From Felis catus (taxonomy: Eukaryota), in NCBI RefSeq assembly GCF_018350175.1, contig NC_058368.1, positions 222,148,001 through 222,212,000 of the forward strand: DNA of 64,000 nt, given 5' to 3'. Shown piece after piece: positions 25,685-39,589 of this stretch (the first letter of the stretch is position 1; each line of letters opens with the position of its first letter). The notes under the pieces were generated by a model, which had not been told where the DNA came from, searched no databases, and saw only the letters and a list, made by a program, of their open reading frames with translations. The position numbers and the translations under genes were made by a program.

Positions 25685-26830
25685 ATATATTGGAAAATAC
25701 AGAACTTTCAGAGAAATTCAAGAAAATCCAAATAAATACAAAGGTACAATAGGCTCACAGATTGGAAAATATGTTATGAACATACCAATTCTCCCCAATT
25801 TATCTGTGCTCTAAATACAATCATAAAAATTATCCAGCAGAGTAGTGAGCATATGCATGCATGAGAAGTATTTGACCACATCTTTCTGAAATGTATATCT
25901 ACTATATCAGCACTTACTGAGAAGTTACAGGAATAAAACTATTGTGCTGATAAATATATAGATAAATCAAATTGAATAAGGAGTCCAAAAATAAACCAAC
26001 ATGTATGTATTGTTATGAATTGAATTGTATGTTCCCCAAAGATATCGAAGTTCTAACCCCCAGTACCTGAGAATGCAGTCTTATTTTGAAATATGCTCTT
26101 TAAAGATAATCAAGCTGACAGGTCCTAATCCAATATTAAAAACAGGAAACATAAACACAGGCAAGGACACATATCCAGGAGAGACAATGGTTAAGACACA
26201 AGGAGAATGCCTAAGGCTACCAGAAGCTAGGAACAGATTCTCTCCCACAGCACTTAGAAAGAACCAGTGTTGCTGAAACCTTGATTTTCGACTTATTTCC
26301 TCCAGAACTGAGAAGCAATACATTTCTGTTGTTTAAGCTATCCACTTTGTGGTACTGTTTCCACAGCCCCAGGAAACTACTATGATGGCAAATTGATTTA
26401 TCAAGGGAATTCAATGGGGAGTGATGGTTATTTCAACTAATGGTGCTGAGATGACAGAATATATATAAATTCTCATACTTACCTCATGCAATAAATAAAA
26501 TTATTTGAATGGATAATGCACATAAATATTAAAAGTAAAGTTACAAAAATTCTAGAAGTAAAAGGATGCAGTCTTTGTTTACTTTAAAGTAATCAAAGTT
26601 TTCTTAGGTTATAAAAAGCAAGCACTATTGAAAAAACAAAACTCCATCGAAATATAAAACTTCTGCTCCTTGGAGGACACAGTTCAGGAAAATGATAAAT
26701 GACAAACTAAGACATCAAATTTAGAAAGTATTTCAAATCCATACTGCTTATAAATGATTTATATTTAGACTATATTAAAACAAACATGACTATCATTACT
26801 CAGTAAGAAGGCAAACAGCACAATTAAAAC
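25685..26830 (+). mobile_element. Old L1 ORF2 fragment interrupted by an MLT1 LTR
   Basis: A-rich decayed ORF2-like sequence (CACAGATTGGAAAATATG..., AAATATAAAACTTCTGCTC) on both sides of the LTR. Confidence 0.55.
26011..26383 (+). mobile_element. MLT1A/B-like solo LTR
   Basis: TGTTATGAATTGAATTGT...AACCCCCAGTACCTGAGAATG...CCTCCAGAACTG...TTTCTGTTGTTTAAG...CAGCCCCAGGAAACTA. Confidence 0.85.
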
Positions 26831-27290
26831 ACAGCTTCCATCTACTGCCAAGAATATAGAAATCTAGAAAGACAAAAAAAAAAGAATCCACACTAACAAA
26901 CACTAAAAAGTGGCCAATCCATAATTATAACTTTTTCTTGAACCCAGAAGATAATGGAGTTTGCAGTTATCAATGAGCCTGAAATCCAATTGAAAGGGCA
27001 ACTTCAAGGTTCGTGATCTGAAAGGAAGCCTGTGGACCATCCAACGAGGTTAGAAATTTCAGCTTGGATGCAGCTTTCCACACAACTCCTAGCAGCTGAG
27101 TGGAGAAGGGTGGTGACGTACATGCCCTGGGTACTGCACACGTAAAAGTCTGCACCCAGTTTTCAGGCTGGTCTCTGAAGACTTCCACTGGGCCTGAGAA
27201 AGATTCAAAGCAAAGGAAGCCTCCGCCAGTGGCCCATTCACACGGAGTGCAGAGCCAGAGCTGAGTCCCTGGATCCTTTTCTCCTTTACT

Positions 27291-27442
27291 GAAGAAAAAG
27301 AAAAGAAGAAGGAAGAGGAGGAGGAGGAGGAGGAGGAGAAGGGGTAGGAAGGGTTGGAAGAAGAGGACGAAGAGGAGGAGAGGGGGAAAAGAGGTTGGAG
27401 GAAGAAGAGGAGGATGGAAAGGAGGGGGGAAAAAAAAGAGAG
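27291..27442. repeat. Polypurine (GAG/GAA)-rich low-complexity tract
   Basis: Directly visible. Confidence 0.85.
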
Positions 27443-28445
27443 ACTGCTGGGTGAACACCAGTAAACCCTGTGTTCCCAGATGCTGGTGAAAACTTAGTAG
27501 ATCAGGTGGACGGGAAGCGAAAAATAATAAGCAAATAAACTCTACTCTGGGGACAGGGGAAGGAAAATTCTTCTGAAACCAGACCATCAGAGATTTTCTG
27601 CTGCTGTCTGACCCTACTGTCTTCGCTGTGACTCTTCTGCCTCAGGCTTTCAATAAACAACTATTAGGTATTACAGATGTAATTATTTAAATTTGCTTGG
27701 AAATTATGGAGATGGCCTTGTAAACTCTTTCAGTCACACAGACTATAATGTGGAACATTTTGGATGGGTGTAATTCCTCAAGAAATTAAATATATGCCAG
27801 GCGGTTTTTAGGTGGTTTTACAGCCACTTAGGATATGAAATACAATTCCATTAAAGAAAATATTAACCGTTGGAATAAATTCAGTAAAACATGTGCTCCT
27901 GAGAAGGACAAATTGCAATGTAAGCTCTGTATTCATGATCTTAATTATTTTTTGTTACCAGTTAAATTCTGGTTTTGGCAGTCTCAAATGACCCTTCAGA
28001 GTGTCCAATAATGCTACCTACATTCAAAAATACATTTTTAATACTTATTCCAGAAATATTCTTAGAAGAAATTATTATTACATAGAATTACATGTAAATA
28101 TCAGTATATAGGGCATGCTCAAATGATTCATCAGTGTAACAATTATAGCAAATTGTGCATACAAGTTGACAGGATGTTTTAGAATAAAAGAATCTAAGGT
28201 GAAACCACTGATAGATGTAAGAACTAAAATCAGATCCTACTTTGGGAGAATATTGACAAAGCTTTAGAGTCACTTTTATACTATTGAGAAAGTGTGAATT
28301 TATGCTGAATAATGAATTATATTATAGGTTATGTTGATTTTCTTAGATGTGATATTAACTGTGATATATTGAGAAGTGCTTTTCTTAGGACATGGAGAGT
28401 TTGGTAAAAATATATAAATATAACACTATTTAAAATGTTGAATTT

Positions 28446-28664
28446 GGGGCGCCTGGGTGGCGCAGTCGGTTAAGCGTCCGACTTCAGCCAGGTCACGATC
28501 TTGAGGTCCGTGAGTTCGAGCCCCGCGTCAGGCTCTGGGCTGATGGCTCAGAGCCTGGAGCCTGTTTCCGATTCTGTGTCTCCCTCTCTCTCTGCCCCTC
28601 CCCCGTTCATGCTCTGTCTCTCTCTGTCCCAAAAATAAATAAACATTGAAAAAAAAATTTTTTT
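28446..28664 (+). mobile_element. Young SINEC_Fc
   Basis: CpG-rich and near consensus; perfect TSD AATGTTGAATTT at 28434-28445 and 28666-28677. Confidence 0.96.
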
Positions 28665-29042
28665 TAATGTTGAATTTATATGATGAGTAATGAGTGATAA
28701 TTGCACCATTCCATATTTTTACATGCTTGAAAATATGTCTAATGAAAAAGATTTGGTGAAAACTTTCTAGGAAGAATTTTTTGATTTGCATACCAGATTC
28801 ATTGTCCTCTGGACTCTCAACAGCTTCTAACAATTGAAACCAAAACATTTTCCTGTGTCTATGTCAGAGAATCCAGGCCCAGGCAATAAAAACAGAAAGA
28901 AAAAGAAAAACAGCTCTAGCAAATACTAGCTCTTGGAAGATAGGACGATGAACAAATTAAACCAGCTCACTTTTTAGGAGTATCCAGTTCCTCATCAAGG
29001 TTCACTTCAAGACCCTTATCTCATTGTACCTAACCAGTCTCG

Positions 29043-29414
29043 GGAAATGAAAATCAAAACCACAATGAGATATCACCTTATACCTGTCAGAATGGCTGTT
29101 ATTGACAAAGATAAGAAATAAAAACGTGTTGGCAGATGTGGAGAGAAGTGAATATTTGCACACTGTTGGTGGATGTATAAATTGGTGCAGCCACGAGGGA
29201 AACATATGACTATATGAAGATTCCTCAACATATTAAAAATAGGACTGCCACAGAATTCAGCAATGCCATTTCTAGGTATTTAACTGAAGAAAAGAAAAAC
29301 ACTAATTAAAAAAAAATATATATATATGCATCTCTATGTTAATTGCAGCATTATTTATAATAGCCCAAGTCTGGAAACAATCCAAATGTCTATCAACAAA
29401 AGAATAGATAAAGA

Positions 29415-29445
<31 letters not shown>

Positions 29446-30185
29446 ACACACACAGGCTTCCCCCCACCCCCATATATAAAATGAGACATTAGTCATGAAA
29501 AAGAATGAAATCTTGCCATTTGTGACAACATGGATGGGCTTAGAGAGTATCATGCTAAGTAGAATAAGCCTGACAGAAAAGACAAATACCATACGATTCA
29601 CTTATATGTGGAATCTAAACAAAACAAAACAATTACAACAGAAATGGAGTCACAGATACAGAGAGCAAACTGATGGTTGCAAAAGGAAAAGCAGGTAGGG
29701 AGATGGGTGAAATAGCTGAAGGGGATTAAGAGATAGAAACATTCAGTTAAAAAATCTTTTTTACATTTATTTATTTTTGAGAGAAAGAGAGAGAGAGAGC
29801 ACGAGTGGGGGAGAAGGAGAGAGAGAGAAGAGGGAGACACAGAATCCGAAGCAGGCTCCAGGCTCTGAGCTGTCAGCACAGAGCCCAACGTGGAGCTCAA
29901 ACTCACAGACCGTGAGATCACGACCTGAGCTGAAGTCAGACGCTTAACCAACTGAGCCACTCAGGCGCCCCAGAACCTTTCAGTTATAAAAGAAATAAGA
30001 CACGGGGATGTAATGTACAGTTTATGGAATATAGTTAATAATATGCTAACCATTTTATGGGATGACACATAACTAGATTTATTGTGCTGACCATTTTGTA
30101 ATGTATATAAATATTGCATCACTATGTTGTATACCTGAAACTAGTAGGATACTGTGTGTCAATTATTCTTCAATCAAAAATAAAG
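29043..30185 (+). mobile_element. 5'-truncated L1 3' end, split by a SINE
   Basis: AAATCAAAACCACAATGAGATATCACC; encodes KKNEILPFVTTWMGLESIMLSRIS (ORF2 C-terminus); ends CTATGTTGTATACCTGAAACT...AATAAA. Confidence 0.9.
29755..29971 (-). mobile_element. Can-SINE inserted in L1
   Basis: TSD AGAAACATTCAGTTA / AGAACCTTTCAGTTA. Confidence 0.93.
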
Positions 30186-30669
30186 CATTCAAGTCATAAA
30201 CTGAAAACTCCCATCCAATATCTTGATTTTTCAATGAGGTCCTAAAAACCCATAAATAACTTCCCCTAATTTTCTGTTTTTAAAACAATACCAAAATCTA
30301 TCAAGGTGGCTTATTAATGCAATAAATCTAACAAATTATCTTTGCTTTAATAAGTGGTTTTTGGATAGTTTGAAGAACTGGCAGTTGACATTTCTCATAG
30401 CTGGTTCATTACGTTAGGACACAATCACTAAATATGATGCATAAATCTTAACTAGATCTTAATGCAGAGAAAAATAAAATTCTTTGTCGTACCAGGAAAA
30501 TTTAAATATTATATGGAAATTTTGTGGATATCAAATATCATATGGATATGATATGTGTTTAATTGGTGTTACGTAGATTCATAAATTAGGTGGAAAATTG
30601 TTTTTATTTAGGATGTGCGAAAATATTTTTTGAAAAAACTCTTATTTTTTAACTGTGGTTATGTACAGT

Positions 30670-30945
30670 TTATTATATCTATCTTTTTGAAACCAGTTGG
30701 CACATGATACTACATTAGTTTCAGGTATACAGCATAATGATTCAACAACTGTATACATCATGCTGTGCTCACCACAGATGGAGTTCCCATATGTCACCAC
30801 GAAACGCTATTACAATACCATTGACCCTATTCCCTATGCTGTACCTTTTATTTCCGTGTCTTGTTCATCCCATTACTGGAAGCTTGTATCCTTCACTCCC
30901 TGTCACCCATTTGTGTATCCCCCCCCACTCCTTCCCCTCTGGCTA
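30670..30945 (-). mobile_element. Carnivore L1 3' UTR fragment
   Basis: TACATTAGTTTCAGGTATACAGCATAATGATTCAACA...CCCTCTGG. Confidence 0.75.
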
Positions 30946-31059
30946 GCTATTATTTATTTTCAGATGGTATAGCAAAACAAATGATATGTAGATAAAAAAA
31001 TTACGCAGAAAATTGTTAGAGTTCTTTAATGTAGCTGGAGAATAATATGAGTGCTTATT

Positions 31060-31171
31060 ATTTTTTAAATATAATTTGTTGTCAAATTGGCTTCCATACA
31101 ACACCCAGTGCTCATTCCAACACAGGCCTTCCTCAGTACCAATCACCCACTTTCCCCTCTCCCCCACCCCC
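31060..31171 (-). mobile_element. Extremely 5'-truncated felid L1 (about 110 bp)
   Basis: TGTCAAATTGGCTTCCATACAACACCCAGTGCTCAT L1 3' terminus; TSD AATATGAG(T)TGCTTATT on both sides. Confidence 0.85.
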
Positions 31172-32070
31172 AATATGAGTTGCTTATTGTATTAGTTTTC
31201 AACCTTTGAAAATGCCATTACGATTTTTGGGGAAAATTTCCCACCCAAAGCTTTGTAGAAACACATGCCAGCTTTATAGATTTCTCATTGTTCATAGTGC
31301 TTTTAAGACAGTTATTTTGAGCATCCTGATGTTTACTGAAAAATCTTGCATTTTGATATCTTTGGTCAAAATATAAAGCATATATTTGCAATATTCCAAC
31401 AAAGAGCTTTTCTAATTTTCTCAAATTCTCAAACTTAAAATCTGAACAAAAAATATTCACACGCACACACACACACCCCACGTATATTACAATCAAGCAT
31501 TACTTGCTTTTAATATTTCAAATCAGAGAGGAAGGGCCAAATCATACACATACCTATTTTAGCCTTTAATGGGGAAAGAAGGTATTTTAGAAGCTTGAAA
31601 ATGACAGAGCTTTTTGCTGAAACACTCCATGAAACTCATGAATTACAGCCTCTGTGCTTCCATAGAGTTATTAAAATTTGAAAAGGAGAGAAGGGAAAAG
31701 AAAAATAAAAAAAAAATAGTTTCCATCCTAGTCTACAAAAAAGGATTAAACATCATGGCATTGACATCTGGACTTTCAAGCAGGTGAATCGAAGGCCTAC
31801 CCAGGATTGACAGTCCACTGACTTATATTTAATTCAAAATTACTATTCCCGTCATCTCACATTCCAGAGAAAGCGACAATCTGGTGTCACAAATGCTGAA
31901 TGTGAGCAAGATTGTCACACAAAGGCTAGTACCATATGTCAGACTTAAAATAGAAACATAATTTTCTCTTTGGGCATGGATGACAAAATGTCCAGTAATA
32001 GTGACTTTTGTTAGCATTTGCAATGCTAAATAATTCTAAGAAAATTATCATGGTTATGGTTTTCATTTTT

Positions 32071-32292
32071 TTTTTAAATATTTTTTAATGTTTATTCATT
32101 TTTGAGAGACAGAGAGAGACAGATCATGAGCGGGGAAGGGGCAGAGAGAGAGAGAGGGAGACAGAATTGAAGCAGGCTCCAGGCTCCCAGCCGTCAGCAC
32201 AGAGCCCGACGCAGGGCTCGAACTCACAAACCGTGAGGTCATGACCTGAGCCAAAGTCGGACGCTCAACTGACTGAGCCACCCAGGGGCCCC
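32071..32292 (-). mobile_element. Can-SINE (SINEC_Fc type)
   Basis: TSD TGGTTTTCATTTTT at 32057-32070 and 32293-32306. Confidence 0.95.
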
Positions 32293-32852
32293 TGGTTTTC
32301 ATTTTTACTACAGCATAATTTTAGCATGCATTTATCATGAATGGATAATTTTATCTATGTAGAATTAGAGATAAACATACATATATACATGTATATACAA
32401 ATATGTATGTGTTCATGTATAAAATATATATACACAAATCATGTGTGTGTACACAAATATATGTATGTATTGTGTATTATATACACTATATATGCCTGCA
32501 TTATATATTATTTCCACATAAATATATATGCACATATGTGTATGTGGAGGACAGCCCCAACAACAAGGAAATTTGACTCAAATGTTAGTAGTGCCTGTTC
32601 CACACATTTAAAAATTTGAGGACCCTGTTACTCATTAAACATACAAGAAGACTGCCTTTTTGTAAGAATTATATGCTTGGAGTCAAGAAATTTTGGGGAT
32701 GAGATTGTTGTCTTAAAGGTTTACATATCTGTAATTCTAAAAGAACGAGGGCTGAGATTGAAGAAGAGAGTTAAGGAGATTTATGTATACACAACCAACA
32801 CAAACTCAAGGCTATTTACGAAATTTGTCCGAATAGAAACTATGTTCTGAAA

Positions 32853-33432
32853 TCCATTAGTTACCTATTGCTGCATAACACATTCTAGAAAAGTTAGCAG
32901 CTAAAAGTTGTCTCATAGTTTCTGTGGGTCAGGGGTGGAAACAGCTCACCTGGTCCACTGCTTCCGGGTCTTCATAATGTTGCATTGAAGGTTTTGCCTG
33001 TGGGTCTTATTTGAAGCTCAACTGGAAAAGAATTTGCTTCTAAGCCCATACTGTTGTTGGCTAAATTCCGTTCTTTGTGGGTTTTTTGGCTTGAGGGCTT
33101 CAGCTTCCAGAGGGCCGTCAGCTGGAGGCCACTCTTAATCCCTAGCCTCCTTTTGAGAGGAGGCTGACCTCTGATTCTTGCCCTTGACTCTCTGCAAGAT
33201 GGCTGCTTGCTTCATGAGAGCTTGTAAACCAAGAAGGCAGTAGAAATGTTCTGGTAAACGTTACCATTTTTATAACCTAACAAATATAGAGTGGCGTCTC
33301 ATCACATTTAACATGTATTTCTGGGAGTAATAAGTGAAAGGTCTCACCTCTGCTCAAAGACGGGATTACACAAGGGCATGAATATCAGGATGCAGAGACC
33401 AGTAGGGTCATCTGAGAATCTACTCACCACTA
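32853..33432 (-). mobile_element. MLT1 (F/G-like) solo LTR
   Basis: ATTAGTTACCTATTGCTGCATAACA...TCTCATAGTTTCTGTGGGTCAGG...GGATTACACAAGGGCATGAATA...CTACTCACCAC. Confidence 0.75.
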
Positions 33433-34600
33433 AAAAGTGAAAGAAGTAATCAATGCAGACTATCTCCTGCGCCCTCATTCACTAAAATCAGAACATTATA
33501 CACAGAAGGTAGAAAATAAAGAATATCAATCTTAGATGAAATCACCAGAACTGCATACAGTGAGTTAATTGTAAAGTAGAGGAAATTGCTAGATTAGCCA
33601 AGGATTATGTATTGCTTGGTACATTGAACAAAGTGGCCTCTAAAGTAACAGTTAGGGTCGATGATTTCAGAAACAAACCAACGTTTAGATCAATAAGAAG
33701 TCTAAATGTGTTAACGTGTCTTAATATAAGCTGTTATATTAGAACATAGTTACCACTTACCTGTATTAAATACATTTTTAATCACTTTAAATCAATTACA
33801 TCAGATATTTTAGGATTTAAAAAAAATGCACAAATATAATTGTTTATGAAATACTGTTTCCCTTTTGCTTTGGGACTGATTAAATATAGTAAAGAAGCAT
33901 ATTGACTAAATTGGATTTAGTAAAGAAGCATATTGACTAACTTGGCTATATATGTTCAAATTATTAAATTATTATATATCACATTATTAATACAATGCTC
34001 TGAAAAGTTGAAAAGGAAAAAAAAGGCAAAAAGACAGAACAAGAGAAAAATCTGAGACTAATAGGGAGGAGCAGACAAGAAAATTTCTGTTAAAATTATG
34101 ACGGATAATTTGATAAAATCAGAAAATTATATTTGAATAAGAATGAATTATGACAGCTTTAGGAAATACTTAGCATTTTTCCACAAAACTTTATTTTTTT
34201 CTATTCTCTTCTATGTCTCATCGAGATCTTACTAGGTTTGTTATGTAAGAATATTATGTGTTTATGACTAATAATGAGTGAGTGTGTGTCCTTAATGGGA
34301 CTTACGATCTTCTTTTATGTTTCCTTCCTACAGTCTTCACATTTAATTATTCATATCTAATCACATGTAATCATTCTCCAGCCTGTTGTTTTGCCATTTA
34401 AAATATTTATGATGCAGAAAAAATGGAGAAATGAACTTCAAATATGTGTTTTCAGCCCTGATTCCACTTTTAAGGACTTTTTTCCACATTTTTACTCTAT
34501 CTTTTGGAAATATCTCTGAGACATGCGAAACCTCACCTGTCCATAGTGAGCCTCTGTTTTTGCTGTCCGTTCATGACTTGTCCCAATAGTCTCTATTTTT

Positions 34601-34834
34601 ATTAATTAATTTTAATTTTTTAAACATTTATTCGTCTTTGAGAGACAGAGTGAGACAGAGCATGGGGGGGGGGGGCGGGAGGCACAGAGAGAGAGGGAGA
34701 CACAGAATCCGAAGCAGGATCCAGGCTCTGAGCTGTCAGCACAGAGCCTGATGCGAGGCTCAAACCCATGAAGTGCAAGATTATGATCCGAGATGTAGTT
34801 GGATGCTCAACTGACTGAGCCACCCAGGTGCCCC
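34601..34834 (-). mobile_element. Can-SINE
   Basis: TSD AATAG(T/A)CTCTATTTTTA. Confidence 0.93.
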
Positions 34835-34939
34835 AATAGACTCTATTTTAATAAATTGTAGCCAAATCCAAGTTCCAAGGCAGAAAGTTTGAGGTTCTTT
34901 TCCCATGTCCCTTTCCCATTCTTTTTATGCCCAATCACT

Positions 34940-34983
<44 letters not shown>

Positions 34984-35515
34984 TCTCCTCTCTCTGTATC
35001 CCTATAGATGCTTCCATAGCTACATCTGCACCCTACGGCCTCTTCTGTGGTTGGAAGTTGAACACTTAACTGTATTTTTTATGATATCTACCTCGATGTA
35101 TAATAATCAAATCAAACTTAAAACACCCAGTCAGTACTTGTAATCATCCTCCACAAACCCACCTATTTCTCACCAGTCTTCTATTTAGTTGATAGCTTCA
35201 CCATCTGCTCAGTTGCTCAAACTACAAATTGAAATTCAATGCATTGATTTGTGTTACTTGTTTTGTTTCTTGATGCCCAACGTCTACTCATTCAATGAAT
35301 CCTCTAAGCACATCTACATTGCCTTCCAGATCTGAGGACATGGCACCATCTCTACTGCTAAAATCTAGCCTGAGCCACAGTAAACTTGTATCTAGTCATT
35401 TATAGTTGAGATTGAGTTTTCCAAATAACACATGTGATTATGTCACTCTTTGTTTAGTATCTACTGACATCACTGATCCCCTAGTAGCTTACGATTGATA
35501 TCAGAATACAATTCA

Positions 35516-35718
35516 GGGACACCTGGGTGGCTCAGTCAGTTATGAGTCCGACTTCTGCTCAGGTCATGATCCCGCTGTTCATGAGTTCAAGACCACGTTG
35601 GGCTCTGTGCTGACAGCTCAGAGCCTGCTGTGTCTCCCTCTCTGTCCCTCCCCTGCTCACCCTCTTGTCTCTCTTCTTTCTCTCTCAAAAGTAAATATTA
35701 AAAATAAAAAGAATTTAA
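35516..35718 (+). mobile_element. Can-SINE
   Basis: GGGACACCTGGGTGGCTCAG head and A-rich tail. Confidence 0.9.
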
Positions 35719-35829
35719 AAGAATGCAAATTTCTCACCTTGACTTAAAAAACATAATAATCTGATTCATCAGTATTTATTGGACCTTCCAATCCTGTCCT
35801 TTCTGTTTCTCTGCCTCAGCCACATGTGC

Positions 35830-36308
35830 TGTGGTAATATAAGTAATGGACCCCAAATTTGTGTTTGTCCTAATTCCTACAACCTTTGAATGTTACCTTA
35901 TAGGGAAAATAGACGTTGCAGCAATAATTAAAGATCTTGAGATGGGTGATTATTCTGGATTCTCTGAATGAGCCATCAGGTCAACCTCAAATGTCCTTAC
36001 AATAGGGAGGCAGATATAGATTAGACCACAGAAGAGAAGGTAGTATGACCATGAGACAGAATGTTGAGTGCTGTGGCTATAAACCAAAGAATACTGGCAG
36101 CCACCAGAGCTGGAAGAGGCAAGGCCAATGCCAAGAAATGGGATCTTGCTTAGAGCCCCTGGAGGGAGTGCGACCCAGCTGACACACCTTTATTTTAGCC
36201 CAGTGACTTTAGATTCCTAGTGCCCAGAACTGTGTAATAATACATTTCTATTGTTTCAAAAGACTAAGTTTGTAGTAATTTGCAACAGCATCCTTCAGAA
36301 ACTGTACC
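35830..36308 (+). mobile_element. MLT1D-like solo LTR
   Basis: TGAATGTTACCTTA...GATCTTGAGATGGGTGATTATTCTGGATT...CAGCCACCAGAGCTGGAAGAGGCAAGG...CTAAGTTTGTAGTAATTTG. Confidence 0.85.
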
Positions 36309-39070
36309 CTTACCTTCTTCTAAGCAAGTAGTTTGCATTTATTACTTTGACTCTGAAAGTTAACTGAGGTCTTTACATAGATGGCTCCTTCTCATCAATT
36401 AGGTCACAGCTCAAAAGTTTCCTTTCAAAACAGCTTTTCCTAGACACCCTGGGTAAATAACACCTGTCTCCCAAACACCTTCAATTATAGGAATCACTAG
36501 GCGCTCCCTTTCCTTTCTTAGAAATGTGCCTTATCCACCATGCGTTCAATGTCTGTCTTCCCCCACAAGAAGGTAAGACTTTTGTGGCATACAGTTTTAA
36601 CTTTCAAATTGTATTAAGATCAGTTAATTTCACTTTCTGAAATATTGTCCTCAGAATAAGTTATTGAATAATGAATAAAACTAGGTTCACTGAAACCATG
36701 TCTGTTTTCTATGTTTCCCCTAAAGTTTGGCTTTGCTCCATCACATTTATTATGGGAACGTTGCTATGAATACTTTGTGATTGTATATTTCCCACCCCAC
36801 TTAACTCTTCCAATTATTGCCACTAAGGACTGATTTAAGAAAAAAATAAATAAGAAGCAATTATATGCACTGCCTTCTGCAGCATTAATGCATTTTTAAA
36901 TTTCTCCTGTGAAGAATAACATAATTATGCATTTCTTTAATTACCATCATCTATTATTTGTTTTTGTAGTAAATTCACATAAACAACCATTGATATTGTT
37001 GTTCATGTAATGAAAATTCTTTGAACTACGTGCTATCAGATTTTTTATTAATTTAATCTCATTAGTTGAGTGATGCATTTTGTTTTTCTCTCTCTCTATT
37101 ATTCCACTTCTATCCTAAGCAGTTTCCAGACTTCATAATCTTCGCTCCAGGGATATCTGCCATATAGAAAGCAAACAAACTTGATTAGATTAGCAGCTGC
37201 TACCTTTTAAAAATTTCAGGTATAACAAATAGAATGCAGTAGGTTTGATTAGGGATGGAGGGATGGGGAGAGTGTTAAGGGCTTTGAGGACAATATGAAA
37301 TGTGATCTTTTTCTTACCTGACTGGGAAGGGGATAGAGATCTGCATGTCTTTCTACCAGATGGTGAATATATAGATAACAGGACCGTAGGTGTTCCCTAG
37401 AATCATCAAAGTTTCCCTTGCCCCATGAGTTGACCCCAAATGGAAGATTTCCAGAAACCTGATGGGAACTTTCCAGATTGCCCAATGTGTTTCTTGGTGG
37501 TAATTTATAGGAACTGATCACCATGATCAAAGAAACACCAAAGTACTTTGGCGATATTTATAAGAATACAATATGGTTGTACAGTCCTTAAGTAAACAGT
37601 TCTAATCATAACTGGGATTGAATTTCCCATTAGCTTATTACGATGCAGTTTCTGAATTAAAGAAACTAGATTTTTAGGTAAATCTAAGAATGAATAAGTC
37701 ATTTATGAGAGGTGAGTCTGAATGAACATCAAGTGCTAAGTCAAAGCTCACATTATATTCATTATCTGAAGTTATAGAAAATGTCTGACATTTGAAGGTC
37801 ATGTAAGAAAGAGTCTTCGAAAAAATAGAGACTGCTTTACATATATTTACACAAAATTGAAAGAACTGCATATTTCTCTATCGAGGTTGAAAGTTTAGAG
37901 GATAGTGGAGATTGTTGTGTATTCAACTGCTTCTTATTATTTGTGACTATTTCTTGCTTCATTACCTTTCTTGAGAAAGAGGTAATAAATGCAAAATCTT
38001 CTGTCAAAACTCAATCTTTGCTCTTACATTACTCAGACCTGATTTCAGCATAAATGTCATGCACTATGTAATGTGCATTTTTCAATAGAGCTGAACACAG
38101 ACTTTTTTTAAAATTGAAAGAAAACGCACCTACTTGCATTTTTCCTACTCAAAGCCATGTGATCCTCTGTTTTTCTGATGCGAGCATTATGTGTCCTGTA
38201 AAATACAGTTCATATACACATGACAAACTACAAAGATATTGTTCGAAAATAGTGGGAAACTTTTAATGATATCATACCAAAACACACTACCCAGAAATAT
38301 ATCTTGCATTTAGAAACTTCCCACATAGGAACTATGGCAGCAACTTAATAGACCTTCTTGGCTGATCCCAAAGTGTTTGTACCCACATCATGAATTCAAT
38401 AATGGACAATAATGAATTCTTCCCAAACAACCATTGTGTAGCTGTTTGCACATCTTTATGAGAAATTCGTCTTTAAGGAGGAAATTGGAATTCAATATTT
38501 AAGACATTTGAAAGGAGAAAGTCAATAAAGTGATAACGATGAGATAGATGGTAAGACAAAAGTAGTGACCCTGAGTCTTCACAAGTTGAGTTTGTGCAAT
38601 GTTGCATAGCAGCTTATTGAGAAGGGCTTTTAAAAGGTTATCATTCTATCCTACTGAAAGTATTGAGAAACCGTTTTTTTTTCCTTAACTGAAAGTTTTT
38701 AGCTCTCAAATTTTTCCTGTGTGGAGGTTTCTTTAATTTCTCAACATTGATATAGTACTCTGAGACATGTTTGCCCTTGCTCAGCAGTTTCATGAGTGGG
38801 ATATGATCTTGAAACATACCAGAGGCCTGTTTTCCTGGGAGAGCAGTAAGGGACCCTGCCCCCTCCTCATATACAGGTGCATTGTTGCTGGGAAAGGCCC
38901 TTGCACCATCTACAATGGGTATTAACAGGCAGGGAAGCAAGTTTGGTTAGAATTTATTTCCTTACAGGGAGTGGAGAAGAGCAGGAAGTCCCTAATGGAA
39001 GCCAAAATTATTCAACCAGGCAGAAGCAAACATATGACTGCAGGATGTTTATAAATAAAAAAGTAGGTTA

Positions 39071-39305
39071 GAGGCGCCGGGGGCTCCTGGTTAAGTGGCC
39101 AACTTCGGCTCAGGTCATGGTCTCTCAGTTCGTGGGATTGAACCTCGCATCGGTCTCTGTGCTGACAGCTCAGATTCTGGAGCCTGCTTCGGATTCTGTG
39201 TCTCATCTCTCTCTGCCCCTCCCCAGCTGACACTCTGTCTCCCTCTCTCTCAAAAATAAATAAACATAAAAAATTTTTTTAAAATTAAAAATAAATTAAA
39301 AATAA
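39071..39305 (+). mobile_element. Can-SINE
   Basis: GAGGCGCC head, body and AAAATAAATAAACAT tail. Confidence 0.9.
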
Positions 39306-39589
39306 AATGTCAGAATCATTTTGAAGCAGCAACAACATAAAAATCTTGACTTTTATCTGTCCCTCTCTATTGTTCCCTTTCCTTCCCTTCTGAAACAATT
39401 CAATCCAAAAACTACCCTTTGCAGTTGAGAAAGGTAGGTAGATATCTGCATGTTGCAGAACAGTGAAGGTCTCTAAGAGCTTAGTGGGAGTTTAGAGGAC
39501 AAGCTGAGTGAGGAGAACTTGGAAGGTGTCAAACCCACCCTCTGGCAGAGGTAGGAGAAAGAAACCATTTTGAGATAAGACACAGTATT

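Larger units (their letters stand above)
35090..36680 (+). mobile_element. L2 fragment interrupted by a SINE and an MLT1D LTR
   Basis: CACCATCTGCTCAGTTGCTCAA, GATTATGTCACTC, GGCTCCTTCTCATCAATTAGGTCACAGCTCAAA and a terminal TTATTGAATAATGAAT. Confidence 0.55.

Noticed and set aside
26970..27587. 205-aa minus-strand ORF, the longest outside the L1
   Set aside because: It is held open by the stop-free polypurine tract, is low complexity and shows no domain.
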